Assembly: GCA_046704365.1 (NCBI GenBank)
Contig: JBJKRZ010000034.1
Location: forward strand, 2,522-66,521
DNA: 64,000 nucleotides
Direction of reading: 5' to 3'
From: Acidimicrobiales bacterium
GTDB taxonomy: Bacteria; Actinomycetota; Acidimicrobiia; Acidimicrobiales; UBA8190
Shown here: piece by piece, positions 40,393 to 50,337 of the stretch
Layout of the letters: every line of letters begins with the position of its first letter
How positions within the stretch are numbered: position 1 is the first letter of the stretch
The notes under the pieces: generated by a model
What the model was told of the DNA's origin: nothing
What the model saw: the letters and a program-made list of their open reading frames with translations, nothing else
Databases searched by the model: none
Program-made: the position numbers and the translations under genes

Positions 40393-41247
40393 ATGACCGT
40401 TGCCGAAGTGGAGATGGAAGACCTGGGAAGTCTTGCCGAGCCGGAAGGAAAGAAAAGGGCGGGCTGGAGGTCCGTCGTCCAAGTCTGGGCTGTGAGGATT
40501 CTGTTTCTCGCAGTGGTAGTCGGGGCATGGCAGTTGGCCTCGGTCGAGCGATGGGTGAACCCGACCTTTGCCGGCACTCCCACGCTCATAGGGCGCGCAT
40601 TCGGCGATGCAGTCCGGTCGTCATCCATCCGGAACGACCTGGTCATCACCCTGGAGGAGACGCTCATCGGCTGGATCGTGGGAGCCGCGGCCGGCTTTGT
40701 CGTCGGGTTTCTCTTCGCACGGTACCAAGTGATCAGCAAAGCCTTGAACCCGATCATGACCGCCATCAACAGCGTGCCCCGCATCGCTTTGGCGCCATTG
40801 TTCATCGTCTGGTTCGGGCTTGGGCAGCTTTCGAAGATCGCCCTGTCTGTCAGCCTGGTGTTCTTCATCGTCCTGAGCAACACCCTGGTGGGGCTGACGA
40901 GCACCGATCGAGATCTTCTGCTGCTCGCATCGAGCTTGGGCGCAACGGAGCGTCAGCGCATCAGACATTTCGTCCTGCCAGCCGCTATTCCGGTGATCGG
41001 TGCCGCCATCGAGCTGGGGCTCATATTCAGCTTCTTGGGCGTCGTGTCCGGTGAGATTATCGGCGCCAAAGCGGGGCTCGGGGTTCTGCTCAATTACGAC
41101 GCGTCGGTGTTCCAGATGAACCAGTTCTTCGCTGCGCTGATCATCTTGGCGATCGTCACGACCATTCTCACGTCCCTGGTGCATGCCCTGCAACGGCGCT
41201 TGTTGCGGTGGCACTACATCGAGCTCAGGGGATTTCGGAGCGCATGA
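40393..41247 (+). CDS. ABC transporter permease (SsuC/TauC-like)
   Basis: About six hydrophobic helices, plus a binding-protein-dependent transport loop region (ASSLGATERQRIRHFVLPAAIP). Confidence 0.85.
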   Translation: MTVAEVEMEDLGSLAEPEGKKRAGWRSVVQVWAVRILFLAVVVGAWQLASVERWVNPTFAGTPTLIGRAFGDAVRSSSIRNDLVITLEETLIGWIVGAAAGFVVGFLFARYQVISKALNPIMTAINSVPRIALAPLFIVWFGLGQLSKIALSVSLVFFIVLSNTLVGLTSTDRDLLLLASSLGATERQRIRHFVLPAAIPVIGAAIELGLIFSFLGVVSGEIIGAKAGLGVLLNYDASVFQMNQFFAALIILAIVTTILTSLVHALQRRLLRWHYIELRGFRSA

Positions 41248-41343
41248 GTGAGGCGCGAACTTGATCAACGGGGAGCTCGAACCCGGGGTAGTCAGCTGTA
41301 ATGGAAACGGTGCACGAAGTAATCGAAAGGGAAGCCAGAAACA

Positions 41344-42087
41344 ATGATTGATTTCTCTGTGAAGGACCGGGTAGCGCGCATCAAGATGAATCGACCCGAG
41401 AAGAAGAACGCCATCTCGCTCGAGATGCGGGACCAGATGATGGAGTCGTTGAAGGAGGTGGAGAAGAACGACGAGATATGGGCCTGTGTGATCACCGGCG
41501 TCGACGACGTGTTCTCGTCGGGATTCGACCTCTCCGACGACGTGGCTGCGTCACCTCCGGCTGTTGAAGAGCTCTATGTGCAACTCCAGTCGATCTACAA
41601 GCCGACGATTGCCGCCATTAACGGCTTGTGCCTCGCACAGGGGTGCGGGATCGCCTTGAACTGCGACATTCGCATCGCCAGCGAGGGCACGCAGTTCGGG
41701 TGGCCACAAGTGAGGCGCGGCATCTTCTCGATCAGCGGGTCGACGCTGTTGGCGGGTGCTGTTCCACTGAACCGCGCTTTCGAGATCCTCTTCACGGGAG
41801 AGTTGTTCTCCGCGACGACGGCCTACGAGCTCGGTCTGATCAACCGCGTCGTCCCGGGGACGGCGCTCGAGCAGGAAGTGACGGGCGTGCTGGACCGGAT
41901 CTTGTTGAGCGCTCCGTTGGCTGTCCGGGCGACGAAGGAAGCGATCCTGAGGACGCGACCGGGGGCGAAGCACGAGGCATATCCAGTCGTGAACGAGCTC
42001 TTTGCCGGTGTTATGAAGAGTGACGACGCAGCGGAAGGCTTGAAGGCCTTTCTGGAGAAGCGACCGCCTGTGTGGACGGCGCAGTAG
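41344..42087 (+). CDS. enoyl-CoA hydratase/isomerase (crotonase fold)
   Basis: MNRPEKKNA, AINGLCLAQGCGIALNCDIR, and a C-terminal EGLKAFLEKRPP. Confidence 0.85.
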   Translation: MIDFSVKDRVARIKMNRPEKKNAISLEMRDQMMESLKEVEKNDEIWACVITGVDDVFSSGFDLSDDVAASPPAVEELYVQLQSIYKPTIAAINGLCLAQGCGIALNCDIRIASEGTQFGWPQVRRGIFSISGSTLLAGAVPLNRAFEILFTGELFSATTAYELGLINRVVPGTALEQEVTGVLDRILLSAPLAVRATKEAILRTRPGAKHEAYPVVNELFAGVMKSDDAAEGLKAFLEKRPPVWTAQ

Positions 42088-42116
42088 CGGGTCGGCGGGA
42101 GGCGATCGTTGCGGAG

Positions 42117-43343
42117 ATGACTGACGTGCCGGACGCGCGCCGGAGCGTGTTGAGCGGAATCCGGGTCCTCGACATAGGTCATGTCCTCGCGGGTCCGCTC
42201 GTGGCGACCTTCCTCGGCGACTTCGGCGCGGATGTGATCAAGGTAGAACCCCCAGGTGGCGACCCGCTGAGGGTCCTGTCGAGCAGTGTGGATTCAGTTC
42301 CTCTGTGGTGGGCGGCTGAAGCGCGCAACAAACGGTCGATCGTCATCGACCTGCGCACCGATGCCGGCCGAGATCTGCTCCTGGACCTTGTTGGCGTCTC
42401 CGATGTGGTGATCGAGAACTTTCGGCCTGGGGTGCTCGAGCGCATGGGCATCGGCCCGGAGAGGATGTTCGCTGCCAATGGCCGCCTCATCCTGGCGAGA
42501 GTGTCGGGCTACGGCCAGACCGGCCCGTACTCGGGCCGGCCTGGATTCGGGAAAGCTGTCGAGGCGCTGGCAGGCGTGGTCGACCTGAGCGGGTTCGCCG
42601 ACGGGCCTCCTGTGCACGCAGGCTTTCCGATGGCCGATGTCTCTACAGCAGTCATGGGTGCCTTTGCGGTCATGCTGGCTCTGTACGGGAGGGACGCCAA
42701 GGGCAGCGGAAGCGACACGGGAGAGATCATCGATTTGGGAATTTATGAGACACCTTTGCGAATGATCAGCAGCTTGATTCCTGAATACGACAAGCTGAAA
42801 CTTGTGCCGCGACGCGCTGGGAATCGCCAGCCTGCCTTAAAGGCGTTCTGCAATACGTATCGTGCGCAGGACGGACGCTGGGTCAGCATCAACGGCGCAA
42901 CATTTACCGCTGCCAAGAAGATCCTGGATGCAGTAGGGGGAGATGCATCCTTCGAAATGCTCGAGCTGAAGTCGATGGACGACATCCTCGAGCATTTCGA
43001 GGAGGTGGACAAAGCCATTGCAGTATGGATCGCTGGGCACGATGCTGATCAGGTCGTGGAAGAGTTCGCCCGAGCAGGGGCGGTCGCAGCGCTCGTCTAC
43101 AACATCGAGGATGTCTTCGGGGATCCTCACATTGCCGCCCGAGAGAACATCGTGCGTGTCGAGGACGAGCTCATCGGAGAGGTGGCTGTTCCATCCGTTA
43201 TTCCACGCCTCGAGAAGAGTCCGGGCAGCATACGCCGGCGCGCGCCACGCTTGGGGGAGGACACGGATGCGGTCCTTGGCGAGTTCCTGGGATTGAGCTC
43301 GACCGACATAGCCAACCTGAGGGCGCAACGTGTCGTGGCGTGA
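42117..43343 (+). CDS. family III CoA-transferase paralogue lacking the canonical catalytic Asp
   Basis: LSGIRVLDIGHVLAGPLVATFLGDFGADVIKVEPP. The position aligned to G-Y-D of the canonical copy reads RPGFGKAVEALAG. Confidence 0.85.
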   Translation: MTDVPDARRSVLSGIRVLDIGHVLAGPLVATFLGDFGADVIKVEPPGGDPLRVLSSSVDSVPLWWAAEARNKRSIVIDLRTDAGRDLLLDLVGVSDVVIENFRPGVLERMGIGPERMFAANGRLILARVSGYGQTGPYSGRPGFGKAVEALAGVVDLSGFADGPPVHAGFPMADVSTAVMGAFAVMLALYGRDAKGSGSDTGEIIDLGIYETPLRMISSLIPEYDKLKLVPRRAGNRQPALKAFCNTYRAQDGRWVSINGATFTAAKKILDAVGGDASFEMLELKSMDDILEHFEEVDKAIAVWIAGHDADQVVEEFARAGAVAALVYNIEDVFGDPHIAARENIVRVEDELIGEVAVPSVIPRLEKSPGSIRRRAPRLGEDTDAVLGEFLGLSSTDIANLRAQRVVA

Positions 43344-43390
43344 GCCCGGCACTCTAACCGTGTCGACGCCCCGACAGTAGTGGTTGGGTC

Positions 43391-44350
43391 ATGACGAATG
43401 GGGCGACGACGTGCGGGCCAGCTCCTGCGCATGTGGGTCTTGGGCTGTCCCTGGCAACTCTGGGGCCCGTAACGGACTTCGACGCCATTCAGGAGCTGGC
43501 CCGATCGCTCGAGGCGGCGGGGCTGGAATACCTGGTCCTTCCCGACCGCCCGGCCGGGCCGCTGCAGGCTCACGACCCCATCGTCGTGTCGGCGCTGATG
43601 CTCGCCGCCACCACCACGGTGCGAGTAGTAGCGACAATCGTGCTCCCCCTGCGGCAGCCGCTCATCCTGGCAAAGCAGCTGGCGTCCCTGGCTCAGCTCT
43701 CGGCGGGAAGGCTGATTCTCTGCAGCGCCTTGGGTGGTGACTATCCAGCAGAGTTCGGGGTGGCAAATCAGAGGGTGGAAGACCGGGTGAAGACCTTCGA
43801 GGACAATCTCGCCACCCTTCGGAGGCTGCTGACGAATGGGGATCCGTCGGTGTGTCTCACCCAGGATCCCGACAGAGCAAAGTTCGACGCCTCGATCCCG
43901 ATCTGGATCGCGCATCGTGCGCGGAGCACCAGGTCAGTCGAACGCTCGGCGCGACTGGGTGACGGCTGGTATGCATCATGGGTCTCGGCAAAGAGGTTCG
44001 GGGAGACTTTGGATGGAATCCGTAAGCTCCTTGTGCCAGGACGTTCATTCGACGCCGCCGTGGTAGTTCGGGTCAACGTGGCAAAGAGCGTGGCCGAGGC
44101 CGCCCAGGAGGCAGCCAACGTCAGAGCGGGGATGTACGGGCTGTATGGGTACGAAGAGGGGCCAGGGCGTTACTACCATGCCCTCGGTCCCGCCGAAGCC
44201 TGCGTCGAGAAGCTCTCGAGTTATCTCGAGCACGCACCTGATGTGTTGGTCCTGCAGCCAGAGTGTGCGAGTGATCACGTGGCGACACAGATCTCCCGGA
44301 TCGTCGAAGAGGTGGTTCCTGCAGTGCGCTGGAACAACGGGGTGCGCTGA
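43391..44350 (+). CDS. LLM-class oxidoreductase
   Basis: LEAAGLEYLVLPDR, LRQPLILAKQLASLAQLSAGRLIL, and IWIAHR. The start is uncertain. Confidence 0.75.
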   Translation: MTNGATTCGPAPAHVGLGLSLATLGPVTDFDAIQELARSLEAAGLEYLVLPDRPAGPLQAHDPIVVSALMLAATTTVRVVATIVLPLRQPLILAKQLASLAQLSAGRLILCSALGGDYPAEFGVANQRVEDRVKTFEDNLATLRRLLTNGDPSVCLTQDPDRAKFDASIPIWIAHRARSTRSVERSARLGDGWYASWVSAKRFGETLDGIRKLLVPGRSFDAAVVVRVNVAKSVAEAAQEAANVRAGMYGLYGYEEGPGRYYHALGPAEACVEKLSSYLEHAPDVLVLQPECASDHVATQISRIVEEVVPAVRWNNGVR

Positions 44351-44352
44351 TC

Positions 44353-45135
44353 GTGGCCCAAGGCATTGCGGTAGTTACGGGAGCCAGCAGTGGCATTGGC
44401 AGTGAGACGGTCGTCGCGCTCTCCCAGAGGGGCTTCGAAGTTCACGCTGTCGCCAGGAGATCGGAACGGCTTCAAAAACTTTCGGACGAGACGGGCTGCG
44501 TGCCCGTGGTCTTGGACGTGCGAGACTCGGACGCGGTCTACCGCTTGCTCGCCGACAAGCGCATCGACATATTGGTCAATAACGCGGGCGTTGGCCTTGG
44601 CACAGATCGCGGTGGCTTGGTCGATCTGCAGGCAGATGCGATCTCCACGGCCATTTCGACAAATGTCGAATCAGCGCTTCACTTCACGCGAGCCGTGCTC
44701 CCTCGGATGATCGAGCGGGATGTCGGTCACATAATCAACGTAGGCTCGGTGAACGGCCTATATCCAACGCATTCCGCACTGTACGGAGCGACCAAGGCCG
44801 CTATTCACATGTTCAGTTCCAATCTCCGGGCCGAACTCCGGGGAACCCGGATAAGGGTCACGGAAATCTGTCCTGGCAGGGTTGCGACGGAATTCATACG
44901 AGCATCCCTCGGCGAGGATGCTGAGCAACGCGCGCTGGAGGCAGCGGACCATCTTTTGAGGGCATCCGATGTAGTAGGAGCGATCCTGTATTCCATTGAT
45001 GCGCCATGGTGGGTCAACGTCAGCCGCGTTGAACTATTGCCGATCGAGCAGATCAACGGAGGTAGCCGATTCGTCAAGTTGCGCCAGAGAGAGCTGGTGG
45101 ATCGCGTAGACAGAGACAGGACCACGGATCCGTGA
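44353..45135 (+). CDS. SDR-family oxidoreductase
   Basis: VVTGASSGIGSETV, NNAG, and YGATKAAI. GTG start 2 nt after the upstream stop. Confidence 0.85.
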   Translation: MAQGIAVVTGASSGIGSETVVALSQRGFEVHAVARRSERLQKLSDETGCVPVVLDVRDSDAVYRLLADKRIDILVNNAGVGLGTDRGGLVDLQADAISTAISTNVESALHFTRAVLPRMIERDVGHIINVGSVNGLYPTHSALYGATKAAIHMFSSNLRAELRGTRIRVTEICPGRVATEFIRASLGEDAEQRALEAADHLLRASDVVGAILYSIDAPWWVNVSRVELLPIEQINGGSRFVKLRQRELVDRVDRDRTTDP

Positions 45136-45148
45136 AAGCCAATGGCAC

Positions 45149-45898
45149 TTGAACGACACCACCGTCCTCTTTTTAGCTGGGATAGTCGTCGTCTCGGTCA
45201 TTATTCAGCGGATTTCTGGGTTCGGCTTTGGGGTATTTGCGTTGCCGATATTCACGATCGCCCTCGGCGCCCGGACAGCGATCCCCTCGATGCAGATCTT
45301 GTCCATCTCCGTTGCCTTTTCCGGGGCTTGGCGCTTCCGCCGCACGATCGGATGGGGCCGGTTGAGGGGCATGGTCGTGCCGTCGTCTGTCGGGATAGGG
45401 GCGGGCTTGCTCGTGCTGCATGTGGCGAGCGAGCGGGGATTGGAATTCGTCATCGGGTCCCTCGCCATCGTCGCTTCCGTGGCGCTGTCCCTCCGCCCGC
45501 GGGCCGTGAAGCATGAGGAGGCGGGCCTTCTCGTTGTCGGCGCACTTTGCGGTGCCTTGTCCATGACGACCAGCCTGGCCGGCCCGCCTTTCGCCCTGTT
45601 TGCGTACAACCAGGGTTGGAATTCAGACGAAATACGGGGAACGCTCTTCTTCTATTTCGGTACGATCAGCGTGGTGACCTTCGCGATTCGTTTCGCGATG
45701 GCATCGGTGAACGGCACTGACGGACTGATCGCCGCGCTGTTGATCCCGGCTGTGCTGGTGGGCGATCTCGTGTCGAGGCCCGTGGTCAGGAAGGTCCATG
45801 GTTCAGCGGCACGGGTCATCGCCGCTGCCATCGTGTTTCTCAGCGGTGCCGCCGGCGTATTGGGCGCAGCAGACCTGGTGGCCATTTTGGCCCGATGA
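45149..45898 (+). CDS. TauE/SafE-family (DUF81) anion/sulfite exporter-like membrane protein
   Basis: 249 aa with ~8 hydrophobic helices. The first-helix motif ISGFGFGVFALPIF is like the G-x-G-G repeat of TauE/SafE proteins. TTG start. Confidence 0.65.
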   Translation: MNDTTVLFLAGIVVVSVIIQRISGFGFGVFALPIFTIALGARTAIPSMQILSISVAFSGAWRFRRTIGWGRLRGMVVPSSVGIGAGLLVLHVASERGLEFVIGSLAIVASVALSLRPRAVKHEEAGLLVVGALCGALSMTTSLAGPPFALFAYNQGWNSDEIRGTLFFYFGTISVVTFAIRFAMASVNGTDGLIAALLIPAVLVGDLVSRPVVRKVHGSAARVIAAAIVFLSGAAGVLGAADLVAILAR

Positions 45899-46035
45899 TG
45901 CACACGAAGGGACGCAAGGACAGAGGTAGGGAGAATTGTGTTTGCTAGGGTGCTGTCGTGTAACACAAGAACGTCGGAGGAAACGGTTGGTCCCGTTGCA
46001 CCGATGCAGATGAGGATGATGAAAGCAGAGAAGCT

Positions 46036-47295
46036 GTGATGACTGGCGATAACGGTGTTGGCGACGGCCCCCTCAGCGGCATGTTGGTGATCGACCTCGC
46101 CCATGGACTAGCAGGGCCGTTCACGAGCACTCTTCTTGCCGACTTCGGCGCCGACGTGATCAAAGTCGAGCGTCCTGGGAACGGCGATTTCATGCGCCAG
46201 GTGGACCCCGCTGGCGGGGTTTGGTGGCGGTCGATGGCGAGGGGAAAGCGCTCTATTGCCGTCGATCTTGCCAATCCAGAGAGCCGTGCCCTGATGAAGG
46301 ACCTGGTGACGAAAGCGGATGCGCTGGTTGAAAGCTATCGCCCTGGCGTCCTGGAGCGTCTGGGATACGGGCCCGACGTGCTTCGTGAGTGGAATCCAGA
46401 GCTGGTGCTCTTGAGAACGTCCGGCTATGGCCAGACGGGGCCCTATCGGGAGCGCCCGGGATTCGGCAAAGCGGCGGAAGCGTTTGCCGGTCTTCTGCAC
46501 ATGACGGGATTCCCGGACGGGCCACCCGTGTACGTGGGTTTTGCGATCGCCGACATGTGCAGTGGCTTGATGGGAGCATTCGGCGTCGCCCTGGCGTGGA
46601 TGGGGCGGACGCGGGGCCTTTCGCGCGGACAGACGGTCGACGTGGCGTTGTACGAGACGATCCTGCGACTGATGGATTACGTCGTACCGGTGGCTTCGGG
46701 AAGTTCAATCGAGCTGGAGCGCAACGGGAACCGCCAGCCGATGAGCTTTGCCCCATCTGGCATCGTGCGGTCGAAGGACGACCGGTGGATCGTGTACTCC
46801 GCTGCTTCGGCGGAGGTTGCAAGGCGCGTTGTCGAGTTGGTCGCCGGGCCGGAAGTGGCGGCGGAAGCCCGGTTTTCGACGCTCGAGACGATGCGTGATC
46901 ATCTGGACGAGATCGATGCACTCGTTGGTGCGTGGTGCCATGAGCGAGGCGCGGCGGAGATCGTCGAGGAATTCACGGGGGCGAACGCTGTGGCTGCTCT
47001 GGTGTATTCCCCTGACGAGATTTTGACTGATCCGCATGTCAAGGAGCGGAACAGTGTCGTTCCCGTGGAAGGTGAGAACGCGCAATTCGTGGCCGTCACA
47101 CCGAAGCTCAGCGATACGCCGGGAAGAATCCGGTGGTCCGGGCCGAATGAGGTAGGTCAGGACAGCCTGTTCGTCTTGAGCGAGGTCATGGGATACGACA
47201 ACGACCGGATCGATCGGCTTAGGAAGTCAGGTGCGGTTGTCTTTGCTGAGGATGGCGCCGGTCCAGCGCCTGGTCCGGATGTGCAGAATGGCTGA
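46036..47295 (+). CDS. family III CoA-transferase paralogue lacking the canonical catalytic Asp
   Basis: LSGMLVIDLAHGLAGPFTSTLLADFGADVIKVERP. The aligned position reads RPGFGKAAEAFAG. Confidence 0.85.
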   Translation: MMTGDNGVGDGPLSGMLVIDLAHGLAGPFTSTLLADFGADVIKVERPGNGDFMRQVDPAGGVWWRSMARGKRSIAVDLANPESRALMKDLVTKADALVESYRPGVLERLGYGPDVLREWNPELVLLRTSGYGQTGPYRERPGFGKAAEAFAGLLHMTGFPDGPPVYVGFAIADMCSGLMGAFGVALAWMGRTRGLSRGQTVDVALYETILRLMDYVVPVASGSSIELERNGNRQPMSFAPSGIVRSKDDRWIVYSAASAEVARRVVELVAGPEVAAEARFSTLETMRDHLDEIDALVGAWCHERGAAEIVEEFTGANAVAALVYSPDEILTDPHVKERNSVVPVEGENAQFVAVTPKLSDTPGRIRWSGPNEVGQDSLFVLSEVMGYDNDRIDRLRKSGAVVFAEDGAGPAPGPDVQNG

Positions 47296-47409
47296 GACAG
47301 GTGGGGTTGATCGTCCTTTCCCGCTGGGCGCTCTCGGGTACCGAGGGATCTCGCATCCGAGCCGCCAGTCTTTCGGCGACAGGGTCTCGACAGAGGTTGA
47401 AGGCCTGAG

Positions 47410-48597
47410 ATGGCTGCGCTAGACGGACTTCGGGTCATCGAGCTGGCGCGCGTGAGTCCGGTCGCCTATTGCACCCGACTCCTGGCGGACATGGGTGCGG
47501 AGGTCATCAAGGTCGAGGAGCCGAGGCACTACGGGAGGGGCGTTGCTCCCGGCACGAGACGTGCCGCCACGCTCGACGAGAGAATGGCCGACTCGTTGAA
47601 CCGCAACAAGCGGAGCGTGGAACTTGATTTGAAATCGCCAGAGGGTCTGGACACGTTTCTTGCACTCGCGGAACGCGCCTCTGTCGTGGTTGAAGGGTAC
47701 CGCCCGGGAGTGGTTGCCCGACTCGGATGTGATTACGAGGCCGTCAGTAGGGTGAACCCGGCAATTGTCTACTGCTCCCTCTCGGGATATGGGCAATCGG
47801 GACCGTATCGGGATTACGCCGGCCATGATGCGAATTACTTGTCGTTCGGGGGCGCCCTGGACCTGATGGGAACCGAGGAGCAAGCAACGTTCCCGCTGAA
47901 CCTCGTGGCCGATCTGGGGGGTGGAGCCATGCATGCCCTTGCGGGAATCCTGATCGCCCTCTACTCGCGTGAGAAGACCGGTAAAGGTCAGTACGTAGAT
48001 GTGTCGTACACCGACGCCACGTTCTCACTGTTGAGCGCCAGCCTCGTCATGAGGGAGCATTTTCGGTCAGGTGTGCGTCCTCGCCGCGGCGACGGGCTCT
48101 TCGGCGGACGGTTCCCCTATTACCGCGTCTATGCAACTCGGGATGAGGCATCGATCTCACTCGGCTGTTCGGAGCCCTGGCTCTGGGAGCGCTTCTGCGA
48201 AGTGGTGGAACGGCCGGACCTGATCGAGGCGGGCCCCCAGGTCGAGGACATTGCGGGGTCCCCGACGGCGATACAAGTTCGGGCAGGCGAGGAGCTGGAC
48301 GTGATGTTCCGAACACGAGGGCGCGACGACTGGTTCGAATTGCTGGCAAAGGGAGGCGTGCCAGCGGGAAAAGTCCTGTCCCTGGAGGAGACGCTCCATG
48401 ACCCACAGCTTCTGTTCCGGGAGATGGTCGTCAAACTGGGGACCACAGAAGATGGCCGCGATGCGTTGCAACCAGGTATGCCGATCAAGCTGTCGAAAGA
48501 GCCCGGCGAGATCCGGGACTTGGCGCCTGAGATAGGCGCCGACAACGAGGCCATCGACTGCGAAGTCGGTTCTAGGGAGAATCGGCGTCGAAAGTGA
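47410..48597 (+). CDS. alpha-methylacyl-CoA racemase-like family III CoA-transferase-fold enzyme
   Basis: LDGLRVIELARVSPVAYCTRLLADMGAEVIKVE. AGHDANYLSFGG matches the GHDINYxxxSG racemase motif. Confidence 0.8.
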   Translation: MAALDGLRVIELARVSPVAYCTRLLADMGAEVIKVEEPRHYGRGVAPGTRRAATLDERMADSLNRNKRSVELDLKSPEGLDTFLALAERASVVVEGYRPGVVARLGCDYEAVSRVNPAIVYCSLSGYGQSGPYRDYAGHDANYLSFGGALDLMGTEEQATFPLNLVADLGGGAMHALAGILIALYSREKTGKGQYVDVSYTDATFSLLSASLVMREHFRSGVRPRRGDGLFGGRFPYYRVYATRDEASISLGCSEPWLWERFCEVVERPDLIEAGPQVEDIAGSPTAIQVRAGEELDVMFRTRGRDDWFELLAKGGVPAGKVLSLEETLHDPQLLFREMVVKLGTTEDGRDALQPGMPIKLSKEPGEIRDLAPEIGADNEAIDCEVGSRENRRRK

Positions 48598-48735
48598 CAT
48601 CAGGCGAGCGCGACCGGGAACGGGAGTTCGAGTCATGAAGTGCGCGTTGCAGGTATCGGCGATTGTTGGACGACGTCGTGAGCGAGATGAACGGACGCAC
48701 AGGTCAGATGGATGGCCTGAGGAACTGGGTGGAGG

Positions 48736-50307
48736 GTGTGCCAGGTGACAGCTGTAATCGATACGATCGGTAGCGAATCCCGTGGAGCTGCTCAACCTGC
48801 GCGGTGGGTGAAGGTCCTCGACCAGACCCGCTGCATCGGCTGTCATGCGTGCACCACAGCGTGCAAGTCCGAGAACAGCGTTCCTCTCGGCGTGAGCCGA
48901 ACCTATGTCAAGTCGGTCGACGTGGGAAGGTTTCCACAGGTCCGTCGGGCGTTCCAGGTCACACGCTGCAACCAGTGCGAGGATGCCCCTTGCGTCACCG
49001 CTTGTCCGACGCGGGCCATGTACCGGCGGCCTGACGGGATCGTGGATTTTGACAAGAGCATCTGCATCGGCTGCAAAGCGTGCATGGCTGCATGTCCCTA
49101 CGACGCCATCTTCATCAACCCGGAGGATCACTCGGCGGAGAAGTGCAACTTCTGTGCGCACCGGCTCGATGTCGGCCTCGAGCCCGCCTGTGTGGTCGTC
49201 TGTCCCACGGAGGCGATTCTCGTCGGGAACCTGGACGACCCGCGCTCGGCGGTCGCTCGTGTCGTCCAACGCGAGCCTGTGACGGTGCGCCGTCCGGAGA
49301 AGCACACCCGGCCGGGCCTTTACTACAAAGGGGCGCACCAGGCTACGCTCGACCCGCTGGCTGCTGAGCGCCCCGAGGGCGGCACCTTTGCCTGGGCACA
49401 GATGCCCTCGGGCATCGGTGTCGTGAATTCGGGTCACCCGAAGGCGCACGGACCCCACACGTCGTCGGCTGCCGCTCTCCTCTCCTACGACGTGGCCCAC
49501 CAAGTTCCCTGGGGTTGGCGGGTGAGCCTCTACACCTGGACCAAGGGCATAGCGGCAGGTGCGTACCTCGTGCCCGTGCTGCTTGCGGTCTTCGGGTACC
49601 TGGCGTGGTCCTCGTCCCTTGTCCAATACGTCGGGCCTCTCGTCGGGCTCGGATTCTTGGCCCTCACTGGTGCCTTGCTCATCTGGGACCTGAAACACCC
49701 ACGTCGCTTCTACCTGATTTTCACGCGACATCAGTGGCGAAGCTGGCTGGTGCGCGGGGCTCTCATCCTGGGCCTCTACGGGGCCGTGCTCGTCGTCCAG
49801 GTCCTCGTCTCCCTGGCCGGATCTACCCTTTCCGAGGAGGTTCTGGCCGGTTTCGGCATACCGATCGGGCTGATGGCGTCGCTGTACACCGCCTATCTCT
49901 TCTCCCAGGCTCGCGGTCGAGACCTCTGGCAGAGTCCGGTACTCGGCCCACATCTCGCCGTCGAGGCGTTGATCGTGGGCGCCGGAGCGCTGCTGCCCGC
50001 CGCAGTAGTCATGCAAGCCTCGGTGCTGCACCCTCTGGAAGTCCTCGTGGCCGGATCGGCCGCTGCGCACCTGTTGCTGCGCGCCGCGGAGCTGACGCCG
50101 CACCACCCTTCTGCACAATCCCGCCTAGCCGCGCATGAAATGACTCACGGGCGCTTCGCCGTTTGGTTCTGGGTGGGCGCTCTGTGCATCGCCCTCGGGG
50201 TCCTGGCCCCGTTTGCCGGCTGGTGGGCGGGGATCGTCGCCCTCGTCGGCCTCTTCCCGCAGGAGCATTCCTATGTCCAGGCCGCGCAGGCGGTCCCCTT
50301 GGCATGA
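48736..50307 (+). CDS. fusion of four-cluster [4Fe-4S] ferredoxin subunit (DmsB/PsrB/NrfC-like) with NrfD/PsrC-like membrane anchor
   Basis: Four Cys clusters: CIGCHACTTAC, CNQCEDAPCVTACP, CIGCKACMAACP and CNFC..CVVVCP. About eight hydrophobic helices follow, with IWDLKHPRRF. No twin-arginine motif. Confidence 0.85.
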   Translation: MCQVTAVIDTIGSESRGAAQPARWVKVLDQTRCIGCHACTTACKSENSVPLGVSRTYVKSVDVGRFPQVRRAFQVTRCNQCEDAPCVTACPTRAMYRRPDGIVDFDKSICIGCKACMAACPYDAIFINPEDHSAEKCNFCAHRLDVGLEPACVVVCPTEAILVGNLDDPRSAVARVVQREPVTVRRPEKHTRPGLYYKGAHQATLDPLAAERPEGGTFAWAQMPSGIGVVNSGHPKAHGPHTSSAAALLSYDVAHQVPWGWRVSLYTWTKGIAAGAYLVPVLLAVFGYLAWSSSLVQYVGPLVGLGFLALTGALLIWDLKHPRRFYLIFTRHQWRSWLVRGALILGLYGAVLVVQVLVSLAGSTLSEEVLAGFGIPIGLMASLYTAYLFSQARGRDLWQSPVLGPHLAVEALIVGAGALLPAAVVMQASVLHPLEVLVAGSAAAHLLLRAAELTPHHPSAQSRLAAHEMTHGRFAVWFWVGALCIALGVLAPFAGWWAGIVALVGLFPQEHSYVQAAQAVPLA

Positions 50308-50337
50308 CACCGTCACGGAGTCCAGGTCGAAAGCAGC

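Noticed and set aside
48157-50118. 653-aa minus-strand ORF
   Set aside because: It lies antisense to the 3' end of the racemase-like gene and to the FeS-NrfD gene, whose Cys clusters prove the plus frame. The composition is Arg/Pro/Gly junk.
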